Made by a program: the position numbers and the translations under genes. Under the pieces are notes generated by a model, which saw nothing but the letters and a program-made list of their open reading frames with translations, did no database searches and had not been told where the DNA came from. A DNA stretch of 18,784 bases, taken from IMG/VR virus record IMGVR_UViG_2778261171_000002; one strand, given 5' to 3'. This DNA comes from a virus (taxonomy: Duplodnaviria; Heunggongvirae; Uroviricota; Caudoviricetes). Shown in pieces: positions 1-8,533 of the stretch (the stretch's first letter is position 1; each line of letters opens with the position of its first letter).

Positions 1-24
1 AACACAACCCGCTACGGGGGAGAC

Positions 25-357
25 TTACCCGAAATCTGATTTATTCAACAAAGCCACTTCCCCGTCAACACAGACTTTCAGCTCACCATATGTCGGGTGG
101 ACAAGCGTGCCGGGACCGGGTTTATTCAGCGCTTCAATCAGGCGATCGCGCTGGTCAAAGCAGTCATCTCCCACCACATAAGCTGTGATGGACGGGCGGA
201 AAGTGACTTTTCCCAGATCTTCGGTATAGGGCTTGTCGCGGTTCGGGTATTCATGTGTTTCCACACGGCGACCGGTTCCCGCACTTTCTTCTTCAACCTT
301 AAACGGCACACCTCGAAATGACGCATCCTGAAGCCTGTCTTTCCACGTCATATACAC
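25..357 (-). CDS. Mu gpN-like DNA circulation protein, N-terminal domain only (110 aa; possibly truncated)
   Basis: N-terminus MxxTWKDRLQDASFRGVPFKVE resembles the DNA-circulation N-terminal domain of Mu-like tails; in-frame stop at 25-27 although family members are usually 400-500 aa; track start is GTG, ATG two codons downstream. Confidence 0.45.
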   Translation of the reverse strand: MYMTWKDRLQDASFRGVPFKVEEESAGTGRRVETHEYPNRDKPYTEDLGKVTFRPSITAYVVGDDCFDQRDRLIEALNKPGPGTLVHPTYGELKVCVDGEVALLNKSDFG

Positions 358-372
358 TCCGAAAATAAAAAA

Positions 373-392
373 GCCACCTATTAGAAGGTGGC
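373..392 (-). terminator. Rho-independent terminator downstream of the AT-rich moron
   Basis: Minus-strand hairpin GCCACCT-loop-AGGTGGC followed by TTTTTTATTTT, directly after the stop of the 413..943 ORF. Confidence 0.5.
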
Positions 393-412
393 CTTGTAAT
401 GAATTTTATTAA

Positions 413-943
413 TTAGCGAGTCAGAAACAACGAATCTTTATACTTTTGCTGTTGTTCATTTAAATACTTAGCTGTTTCATCGCTGGCAAATGGAAATATT
501 ACCGTATTTTTAGGCATGGTAATTTCTTTTTTGTCCAGCGTCAGAGTAAACATAGGAACATACTGAGCAGAGTAACGCACCGCAGAAACGAGCTCTAGTT
601 TAGACTCTTCAATAACACTTAAATTATCCAGGCTAACTTTCTCTTCATCTTTTTTCTTTGACGCATTTAAAGTTTTTATTACTTTATTTAATTTCTCCTG
701 AAAATCCTCCTTAAAGTTTTCAGGATTGCCGTCGACAACAAGAATCTGTTCACCCTGATTATCTGGAAAAATAATCTTTGCACTTATCAATTTATTTTCT
801 TTATAAACATCACCAAGTTTTATGGCTCCTCCAGATAACTGAATAATATGTTCATCTTTAAAGGAGATGTTGCCAGAGATTATGAGAGATGAAAAAATAG
901 CCGCTGCTCCAAGAATTACACTTGCTGTGATATAGCCTTTCAT
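413..943 (-). CDS. Hypothetical membrane-anchored or secreted protein (176 aa) in an AT-rich moron
   Basis: ATG start; hydrophobic N-terminal segment (ITASVILGAAAIFSSLIISG) then a K/E/D/N-rich domain; local GC far below the flanking tail genes; own terminator. Confidence 0.65.
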   Translation of the reverse strand: MKGYITASVILGAAAIFSSLIISGNISFKDEHIIQLSGGAIKLGDVYKENKLISAKIIFPDNQGEQILVVDGNPENFKEDFQEKLNKVIKTLNASKKKDEEKVSLDNLSVIEESKLELVSAVRYSAQYVPMFTLTLDKKEITMPKNTVIFPFASDETAKYLNEQQQKYKDSLFLTR

Positions 944-1034
944 TTTTCGCCTATTAACATTTTTCTAAATGTGCATTAATTCTATCACTCTATTTATGAC
1001 TTACAACCAGCAATACATGTGAGGGGAATCCTGG

Positions 1035-2867
1035 CTACCAAAATCGGGTATAGCCAACATCGTGATTTATATCAATGCCACTGGAGCGTGTTTCCGTAAC
1101 CCGCATACCTGGTGGCATATTTATAAATGATACCTTGATCTCACCATCAACTTTTGGCGCGGTAGCTTTATTAATCATGAAGGGATTCGAGCCTGTGGCA
1201 TCGGAGGCGTTGTTTGCCTGAGCCGGATCCACCGCCGGATAAGGAGTGTATCCCCGTGCCGGTATTCCCGTCCCATAAGCATCATAAGCACCCGCGCCCC
1301 ACTGCGCAGAGTTAATGGCATCGACCGTGTCACCGGAACTGTCGGTAAACCACTCAATAATTGGCTTCAGCTTGTCCCACATATCCTGAAACCACTTAAC
1401 AACCGGCCCCCAGTTATTGATCACCATCCCCATCGGCGACCAGGCAAAAACTTTCTTAAGGAGTTCCCAGCCAGCCTCAAAATAAGGACCAATGGTTTCC
1501 CAGAGCTTCTTGAAATAAGGTCCGACAACATCCCAGTTAGTGATAATTAATCCCGCAGCCAGGGCTATCGCCGTCGCAATCATGCCAATCGGCGTCATCG
1601 ACATGATCCTGCTGACAATGCTGATGGCACTGCCCACGCCCATCAATCCCAGTTTCAGAATCGCAAGACCGGCAGCAAGCCCGACGACGCCGCGAATAAC
1701 CCGGGGATTTTCATCCGCAAACTTCGTGAATTTTTCCCCCAACTCCCCCAGCCATTGCGTGATATTTTTAGCGTCACCAGAAAATGCGCCGCCAATAGCC
1801 GCAAGGCCGTTAGTTGCGGTCCCTGTCATTGCCTCCCACAGGTTGGACAGCGTACCAAGCTGTGCCTGAACACGTTTATTCAGGCTGGCCTGTTTATTCA
1901 TCTTCTGCTGGATCTGATCGTAGCCATCCTTTCCTTTATCGATTAGTGCATTGACCACCTGAAGGGTTTCGGCATCATCACCAAATATTGCCTTAAGTAC
2001 ACCGGTTCGCTTAACGTCGGTCAGTTTTCGCAGCTTTGCCAGTTGCCCGAACATGTTATCAAGACCGCCAAAACTCCCTTTGCCATCAGTAAAATCGAGC
2101 TGTACCCCGAGTTTCTGGCGGGCCATGATTTTATTGACGTCCCTGATTTTCTTAACGCTTAATCCGGACTGGATAACTTTTCGCAGGGCATTACCTGCCG
2201 ACTCCCCGTTCATCCCCATCTGATCCATCATGACACTGATGGGGGCAAGACTCTGTGCAGCCTGAAGACCGTCCTTATTCACCATCTTCAGAACAGAGCT
2301 GGTTTTAGTGAAGAATGACAGCATGTTGGTGTCGTCAACGCCCAGATAAAACGCCTTCTGAATTGTGTCGAACAGCCCCATCATGTCTTCTGAGGCCGTT
2401 CCGGTAGCATCCTGCATCTTTGCGGCAAACTCGGCAGCCGCTTCCGGTGTTTTTTTCAGTTGTACCGCAAGATAAGCTGTCGCTTTACCCACACCACCCA
2501 GAATGTTTTCTGCCGGGATCCCCTGACGCACCAGCATCTGCATCATGTTCTGGAAATCAGCCGTTGTACCGGGTAGCTGGTTACCCAGGCCAATAGCCAG
2601 TTTATTGATGTCCTGAAAGCTCTTTCCAACCTCGCCGTTCGCATCCATCATGGCGACTTTCAGCCCGGTAGCGGCGTTTTCCTGATCGGCATAAGATTTC
2701 AGGGAAAGCGTCAGCCCCGCTGCCAATCCGCCACCAAGCGCCAGCCCACCCTGTGACGCCTCTTCCGCCTGGCGTTTAAATCCCCGGATTTTCTTTTGCA
2801 TTTTCGACAGCGCGGGAGAAAGCCTGTCGACACCGGTGATCAACGCCTTAAGCTCAAATTCAGCCAT
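1035..2867 (-). CDS. Tail tape measure protein (610 aa)
   Basis: Located directly after tube and chaperone genes; long Ala/Gly/Leu/Gln-rich protein with a central hydrophobic segment typical of tape measure proteins; ATG start. Confidence 0.8.
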   Translation of the reverse strand: MAEFELKALITGVDRLSPALSKMQKKIRGFKRQAEEASQGGLALGGGLAAGLTLSLKSYADQENAATGLKVAMMDANGEVGKSFQDINKLAIGLGNQLPGTTADFQNMMQMLVRQGIPAENILGGVGKATAYLAVQLKKTPEAAAEFAAKMQDATGTASEDMMGLFDTIQKAFYLGVDDTNMLSFFTKTSSVLKMVNKDGLQAAQSLAPISVMMDQMGMNGESAGNALRKVIQSGLSVKKIRDVNKIMARQKLGVQLDFTDGKGSFGGLDNMFGQLAKLRKLTDVKRTGVLKAIFGDDAETLQVVNALIDKGKDGYDQIQQKMNKQASLNKRVQAQLGTLSNLWEAMTGTATNGLAAIGGAFSGDAKNITQWLGELGEKFTKFADENPRVIRGVVGLAAGLAILKLGLMGVGSAISIVSRIMSMTPIGMIATAIALAAGLIITNWDVVGPYFKKLWETIGPYFEAGWELLKKVFAWSPMGMVINNWGPVVKWFQDMWDKLKPIIEWFTDSSGDTVDAINSAQWGAGAYDAYGTGIPARGYTPYPAVDPAQANNASDATGSNPFMINKATAPKVDGEIKVSFINMPPGMRVTETRSSGIDINHDVGYTRFW

Positions 2868-3027
2868 GTGTGCGTTTCTCCTGCTCTATCCTGTTTGCCT
2901 GACTGACCAGCAAGGGAATTTCACTGATCGGCATATTCAGCAATTCGAAGGGATTAATGCGCCAGTAGCTGGCGCAGTCAAAGAAGCGATCAGTGAGGTA
3001 TTCAGCCGTCAGGCCTGGAGGAAAAAA
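2860..3027 (-). CDS. Frameshift extension of the tail chaperone (E'/GT-like), reached by -1 slippage at T_TTT_TTC
   Basis: Slippery heptamer TTTTTTC at minus-strand 3027..3021, just before the chaperone stop; the -1 frame stays open (FFPPGLTAEYL...) to a stop at 2860-2862 beside the tape measure ATG. Confidence 0.55.
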   Translation of the reverse strand, partial: FFPPGLTAEYLTDRFFDCASYWRINPFELLNMPISEIPLLVSQANRIEQEKRTHG

Positions 3028-3278
3028 CCAGCCACAAGCCACGCCGCTGCATTCAGGTCTGCCGGAGACATCTGGTCGACAGAGCTTTGCGGCACTTTCG
3101 CCAGCCGCACAATGTATTTCGACACCACATGCGCCAGAAGTCTGACGGACTCATCCTGATTCATCTGGTAGGGATACCCCAGCTCGCGGACATCCTTCCC
3201 GGTGGGTTCATCAAACTCCAGTACGGAGAGTGTCTCACCATGAGCGATAATCGGTTTCTTTAACTCAAGCTCTTTCAT
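3009..3278 (-). CDS. Tail assembly chaperone (P2 gpE / lambda G analogue, 89 aa)
   Basis: Small ORF between tube and tape measure genes; overlapped at its 3' end by a -1 frame ORF that runs up to the tape measure start. Confidence 0.7.
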   Translation of the reverse strand: MKELELKKPIIAHGETLSVLEFDEPTGKDVRELGYPYQMNQDESVRLLAHVVSKYIVRLAKVPQSSVDQMSPADLNAAAWLVAGFFLQA

Positions 3279-3634
3279 TACTGGTAATCCCCTTCTTCAC
3301 CGTGGAACTCAAGATCAACCGTGCCTTCTTCGGCATTATGGTTCGCTTCTCCGTGCAGCCAGGCGGACGACAATACATAGACCTGACCGTTCGCCAGCTC
3401 GGCAGTGATGGTCATCTCATCAGACGAGGTGATTTTGCTCACCGGAAAATTCTTCGGCACCTTGAAGGTCCCTTTGACATAAGGCGCACGGTGAGTTTCC
3501 TTGCGGTCCACTGAACCGTCCAGGCCGATGATGTCATCATTGACCGTCCTGTTCATGGGCACCTCAATGCCGCCGGTCAGCGATAGCTGCTGACCGTCAA
3601 TTTTGAAATAACAGGTTCCCCCGATACGGGCCAT
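3278..3634 (-). CDS. Tail tube protein (Mu gpM-like, 118 aa)
   Basis: Small acidic protein directly after the sheath gene with start/stop overlap; order sheath-tube-chaperone-tape measure. Confidence 0.8.
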   Translation of the reverse strand: MARIGGTCYFKIDGQQLSLTGGIEVPMNRTVNDDIIGLDGSVDRKETHRAPYVKGTFKVPKNFPVSKITSSDEMTITAELANGQVYVLSSAWLHGEANHNAEEGTVDLEFHGEEGDYQ

Positions 3635-5130
3635 TATGCAGACTCCTCTGAATACTGAAGACGGAACTGGTTAACCACGGCAAAGACACGCAACTGGTTA
3701 ACATAGTCAGGCGGGAACAGCGTGTTCAGGCGGTTCGGATCGCTGGCATCACGCTCCACAACCAGGTACTGCTTAAACAGTTCGTAGTTTTCCACGATCC
3801 CCGCACGCTCAAGCTGACGGTAGGTTGCCAGCAGTTCCCCTTTGATCACCGCCGGGGTGACAATCGCCTGACCGGGACCAAAGCGGGTACCGTCACTGGC
3901 AAGCTTGTGACGCCCGTACTTACTGGTAATGACGGATTTCAGTTTGCGCAGTACATACGCGCTGGTATGCAGTGTCTCACTGTCGAGGTAGCTGTTATCC
4001 GCAACCCCGTAAGCGTTTTTCCTGTACGTGGTGACATCACGCTGAATGCGCAGTACCCCGCTTTCGACATACGCCGTTGCCACGCCATGAGACAGCAGGG
4101 TCTGTTGTTCGGTCATCGTGAACCGTTTCCCCTTCGGCGCAGGCAGCATACCCACCAGCTCACCGGTCTGCGTGGGACGTGCCGGATCGTTGCGGATAAA
4201 CACCGCTGCGCGGGCGGTACGGCTTGCCGCAAGTTCGTCGGCAGGCGTCTGGGTCTCTTTTTCGTACCCTGCCAGGGTAATGTGCTGCTGGTTAAACTGG
4301 TCACCTGCGGTCACCAGTTCTGACAGCGTGCCGATCTTTGCCGTATACACATGACCATACAGCTGACGCGCATAGCTCCAGCGACCGCTGGTATCGTTCA
4401 TCTCGGTCACCAGCGTGTTAACGGAGGCCGTGTCGTTGAACGGCAGGCCGATATAATCAAACGGCTCATCCGCCATTGCAGCCACCGCGCCGGTGAGAAC
4501 CGGAGCACCCGTTCCGGCGGTACCCGTCGCCACGGCAATCTGTACGCCCGCTGGCAGCACTTCGCCCCCACCAAAGCCGTAGTAATTGAGGCTGACAGGA
4601 ATTTCATTCCCGCAAAGCCCCTTATGACGCGCGGTAAGTGTGACCACGCCTGCCGAAGATGAAGCCGTAAACGGCAGGGCCGGAACGGCATTGATGGCAT
4701 CTTTGATACTGCTGGCAATCGTCGTGACGTTATCGCCGTTGGTCACCGGAGCCTGCACGCGGGTACGTCCCACATAGACATTCACCGTGCCGCTTTCGGT
4801 TGCTTCCCCGGTCACCGCCAGCGTAACCGTTGCCGCCGCGCCTGTGGCTTCCGGAACGGCAATCACATACAGCTCACCAAACGGGTCTGTCTGGCGATAA
4901 GCCTCGACCATACGCGCCAGCTGACTTCCCGCACCACAAATCTGGCGTGCATAGTCTGCCGACGGCATCAGCACCAGACTGTTGGCAACAATCTCTGCAC
5001 CGTTATTGGCATGACCAATCAGCAGCGATGCTCCGCTGTCCTGTGCAGTATTCGCAGCCTGGTTATCCATTTCCGCATAAAACAGCGGAACCAGCGTATT
5101 CGACGGAATGGTGTTAAAGCTTATCGTCAT
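3634..5130 (-). CDS. Contractile tail sheath protein (Mu gpL-like, 498 aa)
   Basis: About 500 aa protein at the expected position upstream of tube; ATG start. Confidence 0.85.
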   Translation of the reverse strand: MTISFNTIPSNTLVPLFYAEMDNQAANTAQDSGASLLIGHANNGAEIVANSLVLMPSADYARQICGAGSQLARMVEAYRQTDPFGELYVIAVPEATGAAATVTLAVTGEATESGTVNVYVGRTRVQAPVTNGDNVTTIASSIKDAINAVPALPFTASSSAGVVTLTARHKGLCGNEIPVSLNYYGFGGGEVLPAGVQIAVATGTAGTGAPVLTGAVAAMADEPFDYIGLPFNDTASVNTLVTEMNDTSGRWSYARQLYGHVYTAKIGTLSELVTAGDQFNQQHITLAGYEKETQTPADELAASRTARAAVFIRNDPARPTQTGELVGMLPAPKGKRFTMTEQQTLLSHGVATAYVESGVLRIQRDVTTYRKNAYGVADNSYLDSETLHTSAYVLRKLKSVITSKYGRHKLASDGTRFGPGQAIVTPAVIKGELLATYRQLERAGIVENYELFKQYLVVERDASDPNRLNTLFPPDYVNQLRVFAVVNQFRLQYSEESA

Positions 5131-5284
5131 TGGTGTTCACCTTTTTATTCACGCGCCGGATATCACCCGCTGCTTCACGGCGCAGCCAGTAGTTGTTCTC
5201 GTCAACATTTCGCCCTTCGGCGGGCAAAAGGTCGCCGCGGGCAGGGTCAGGCACTGACCGCCCTTTAACAGGTTTGACAAACAT
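5114..5284 (-). CDS. Small hypothetical protein (56 aa) immediately upstream of the sheath gene
   Basis: ATG with a GAGGA Shine-Dalgarno 8 nt upstream; ORF ends overlapping the sheath start; below the size cutoff of the supplied ORF track. Confidence 0.35.
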   Translation of the reverse strand: MFVKPVKGRSVPDPARGDLLPAEGRNVDENNYWLRREAAGDIRRVNKKVNTNDDKL

Positions 5285-5292
5285 GAGGATCC

Positions 5293-5853
5293 TCAGGAAG
5301 GAAGGGTTATTTCGGTGTGATGTTCGATATCGCCGTCAGGCCCGTTACCGGGCTCGAGATAATCAACATCAATCGCCAGCGTTTGCAGTTCACCCAGACT
5401 GTTCAGATCATCCTGCTGGCGGGTATCGTCTTCAGTCAGCTCGCTGATGACCGAAAAATCGAACTGATAAATCAGCTCATGACGATTCAGATCCAGCAGC
5501 GTGCCGCCGTCATAGGTAATCGGGTTACCGCACGCTTCCGGGTTCCAGCCCAGCAGGGCCTTAAAGAGCATTTGCCGGACATCGTCCACCACATCATACG
5601 AGGAAAACTGACCGCGCTCATCACGCCCGTTACTCAGTATGACAACCACGGAGAAGCCCTCTTTCAGCTCCTGCCAGTAGTCGGTCTGGCTTTTGTTTTC
5701 TCCCGGAGAGTCATCACCCGGTACCACATACGCCGCCGGGAGTCTCAGCTTTCCGACCTCCGGCAGATTTTTGAACTGTGCCGCGCCTGCCACCCGGTTT
5801 TCAAAATACGGGCAGCGGGCACGCAGCGCAGCAATAACAGGCGTCAGTTTCAT
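5293..5853 (-). CDS. Mu gp37-like tail-associated protein (186 aa), possible tail terminator or sheath stabiliser
   Basis: Position between connector genes and sheath; acidic protein; ATG start. Confidence 0.45.
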   Translation of the reverse strand: MKLTPVIAALRARCPYFENRVAGAAQFKNLPEVGKLRLPAAYVVPGDDSPGENKSQTDYWQELKEGFSVVVILSNGRDERGQFSSYDVVDDVRQMLFKALLGWNPEACGNPITYDGGTLLDLNRHELIYQFDFSVISELTEDDTRQQDDLNSLGELQTLAIDVDYLEPGNGPDGDIEHHTEITLPS

Positions 5854-6356
5854 CTGTGTCGTCGCTCCGGCTTCAGTGATTTACGCAATTCCCGCGCCAG
5901 AAAATAGCGTGTCCAGCTGCGGTTCTTTTCAAGCGTTTCCACCATGAAGTTATTACGTGGAGCCAGTCGCCAGCCGCTGCCACCGGATGCACCACGATGA
6001 TGACTACGACGACGTTTTGCTCCTCCCCGGACACCAAAAAACAGAAACGCCGGATAGAAGTCACCAGAGATCATCCGGTTCCCCTTCCCGTTGCGCTGGT
6101 TAGGGGCAATGCGTGTCATAAAACCGGCTCGCTTTTTACTGGCTCTCGGCACCATATAACCAATCGAACGAGCCAGGCGTCCGGTCTGATAACCGGGGTT
6201 TTCACCCGGTGCCGACCGCGCACGGCGCATCACCAGCCGACGGGCATCACGCATATGACGCTGCCCAATCGTGACAAACGCCCGCCGGACACGGGCGCGG
6301 TTAAAGCGCATCTCGGCGGGCTGCTGAACATCAACGTGAAAAAAGGGAGTCGCCAT
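5850..6356 (-). CDS. HK97 gp10-like neck/tail completion protein (168 aa)
   Basis: Arg-rich protein in the head-tail connector block; 4-nt overlap with the next gene. Confidence 0.5.
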   Translation of the reverse strand: MATPFFHVDVQQPAEMRFNRARVRRAFVTIGQRHMRDARRLVMRRARSAPGENPGYQTGRLARSIGYMVPRASKKRAGFMTRIAPNQRNGKGNRMISGDFYPAFLFFGVRGGAKRRRSHHRGASGGSGWRLAPRNNFMVETLEKNRSWTRYFLARELRKSLKPERRHR

Positions 6357-6741
6357 TGCTGCCTCCGTGACTCTGCCTACATTCGCCCAGCTCCGTACAC
6401 TCCAGCAGCAGAAAGCGCCGCGCCCCGTTCAGATCACGCTGACGTTTCACCCGGTACACACTGTCATCACAGACCACCTCATAATCAGCAGTGATCCCCC
6501 GGCGGTAACGAATGGTGATGTAATGGGTGATGGCGTCCCCGGTCTGCGCGGTTTCCTGCCAGGTGGTGGCACTGGTCTGGATAACCTTCGCCCATGTCCG
6601 GAACGTAACCGGGTATTGAGACTCCACGCCAAAGTTATCCGCGGGCATATCCACCCGCTGGCGGATCAGGACGCGTTTATTCAGTTCACCGGGGTCCGGC
6701 AGAATGTAGGTTGCGCTGGTCTGCGCCTGACGAATTTTCAT
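6331..6741 (-). CDS. Head closure / head-tail joining protein (136 aa)
   Basis: Position after the gp6-like connector with ATGA-type overlap; size typical of head-tail adaptors. Confidence 0.5.
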   Translation of the reverse strand: MKIRQAQTSATYILPDPGELNKRVLIRQRVDMPADNFGVESQYPVTFRTWAKVIQTSATTWQETAQTGDAITHYITIRYRRGITADYEVVCDDSVYRVKRQRDLNGARRFLLLECTELGECRQSHGGSNGDSLFSR

Positions 6742-7061
6742 TGCGGAAAGTACCTGTACGGGCCGACAAGCCAGCCAAAACTCTGCGGCATGTCGAGTTT
6801 CTCCACTTCCGTAACCGACGAGCGGTTTTCGTAAAAATGGCTGATAAGCATCAGCATCCCCAGACGAATATCATCCGGCAGGTGCAGCCCGTCCGGATCG
6901 CTGTCCGGAATGGTTTCATCCGGTGCATAGAGCTTCCGGTTCAGATACGTTTCCGTCCGCTTTTGTGCCGCACAGGCCAGCAGTTGCAGATGGCGGTCAT
7001 CAGCATCGAAATCCTCATCCAGCCGGAGTTGGGCTTTAATCTCTTCCATTGTCAGAAGCAT
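6738..7061 (-). CDS. Head-tail connector protein (HK97 gp6-like, 107 aa)
   Basis: Small acidic alpha-helical-looking protein directly downstream of the capsid block. Confidence 0.6.
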   Translation of the reverse strand: MLLTMEEIKAQLRLDEDFDADDRHLQLLACAAQKRTETYLNRKLYAPDETIPDSDPDGLHLPDDIRLGMLMLISHFYENRSSVTEVEKLDMPQSFGWLVGPYRYFPQ

Positions 7062-7063
7062 AC

Positions 7064-7264
7064 TCAGCCCTCTTTACTGGTCGTGGCTTTTTTCTCTTTT
7101 GTCGCTTTACTGCTTTTTGCACTGGTTCCGCGCTCTGCTAACCCGGCCTGAAGTGCAATCTCCTGCACCCGGGCAGGAAGCGCCCCGTCGTCATACTCAC
7201 CGGCCCGAATGACCTCAACACGCATACCGTCCGGTGACCATTTCAGATCTTGTTTCAGGATCAT
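7064..7264 (-). CDS. Small hypothetical protein (66 aa) with a Lys/Ser/Thr-rich tail
   Basis: ORF between major capsid and connector genes; C-terminus KSSKATKEKKATTSKEG. Confidence 0.4.
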   Translation of the reverse strand: MILKQDLKWSPDGMRVEVIRAGEYDDGALPARVQEIALQAGLAERGTSAKSSKATKEKKATTSKEG

Positions 7265-7313
7265 GATTCTTCACCCGTCAGAACAGGGGGCGCGGTTCCG
7301 CGCCCCTGAGTGA

Positions 7314-8519
7314 TTACGCCGCTGCAATCTTCAGCAGTTTGATGGCCTGCGAATCGACCAGCATCCCGCCGGTGCGCTTGGTGGTATAAAAACCGACAAA
7401 CGGTTTATTGGTGTACGGGTCACGCAGAATGCGGGTGCCGATACGGTCAACGATGGTGTAACCCCGTTTGAAGTTACCAAATGCAATGGCTTTCGCATCA
7501 GCGGCGATATCCGGCATCTGTTCGTTTTCAGCGATACCGTAACCCGCCAGAGAGGACGGCTGCCCCAGTTCCAGCCCAGGACGCCACAGATAGTTACCCT
7601 CGGTGTCTTTCAGCAGACGGATGGCAAACAGGCTGTTGTTGTTCATCATGAACTTCGCGCCAGTGCGGTGTGCCTTTCGCAGCGTGTAAATCAGTTTGAT
7701 AATGGCGTCTGCGGTCACCGCAGTCGCGTCGCCGGATACAATATGCTGAAGTTTGCCGAACGCCCGGACCTTATCGGTTTCATCAGTGGACTCATACGCC
7801 AGGAACCCTTTCGGCTTCTTGGTGCCATCGCCGGAGGTAAAGGCAATTTCTTCCTGTTCGGCAAATTCGGTTGCCAGCTCGCTGTTGATCCAGGCCTCCA
7901 CGTTGAAGAAGGCATCGTCCAGCATTTTCTGGGTAGCCTGCGGGTTGCCGTAGATTTCCCCCATGAGAGGTTCAATCAGCTCCAGTCTGGAGGTGGCAGT
8001 CTGGGATCGCGTATCCGTTTCCCCCACCCATCCGGAAGCCGTACCGCCCAGATTCACCAGTTTTTTGTAGTCGGAACCGCCAACGGTGATCACCGTGGCT
8101 TCCTGACGCATCACCACTTCATCTTTCAGCAGGTTAAGAATGTTGCGATCCAGTTCTTCCGGCACGGCGTAGCCACCGTCTTCATCGGTGCCCACCTGCA
8201 ATGCCTTACGCTCCAGATCGCGCAGACCGTCTTCACGGCCTTTACGCAGGAAGCCCACAAACGCCTCTTTATGCTCGGTGGCCAGTTTATTTTGCGCTCC
8301 ACCTGCCGGACGTTTCAGCTCAAGCAGCTCTTTTTCAAGGTCGCTTTTGAGATTTTCCAGCTCGCTGAGTTTTCCGTTCAGGGTTTCCACCTGCCCGGCA
8401 AGTTTGCCTTTTTCCTGCTCAATCGCCTCAACGCGCTTGTCGTTCTTTGCTTTGAAGTCGTCAAACTTCTGCTGCAGCTCCTGCGCGACCTGTTCGACAT
8501 CTTTAATATCAACCGCCAT
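7314..8519 (-). CDS. Major capsid protein, HK97 family (401 aa)
   Basis: N-terminal coiled-coil delta-domain-like region (KLAGQVETLNGKLSELENLKSDLEKELLELK) followed by the capsid body; position after the protease. Confidence 0.9.
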   Translation of the reverse strand: MAVDIKDVEQVAQELQQKFDDFKAKNDKRVEAIEQEKGKLAGQVETLNGKLSELENLKSDLEKELLELKRPAGGAQNKLATEHKEAFVGFLRKGREDGLRDLERKALQVGTDEDGGYAVPEELDRNILNLLKDEVVMRQEATVITVGGSDYKKLVNLGGTASGWVGETDTRSQTATSRLELIEPLMGEIYGNPQATQKMLDDAFFNVEAWINSELATEFAEQEEIAFTSGDGTKKPKGFLAYESTDETDKVRAFGKLQHIVSGDATAVTADAIIKLIYTLRKAHRTGAKFMMNNNSLFAIRLLKDTEGNYLWRPGLELGQPSSLAGYGIAENEQMPDIAADAKAIAFGNFKRGYTIVDRIGTRILRDPYTNKPFVGFYTTKRTGGMLVDSQAIKLLKIAAA

Positions 8520-8533
8520 CGTATTTCTCCTGA

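Noticed and set aside
1540-1869. 109-aa plus-strand ORF inside the tape measure gene
   Set aside because: Hydrophobic translation is the mirror of the tape measure hydrophobic segment; antisense shadow.
5317-5907. 196-aa plus-strand ORF
   Set aside because: Antisense to the 186-aa tail-associated gene; no independent support.
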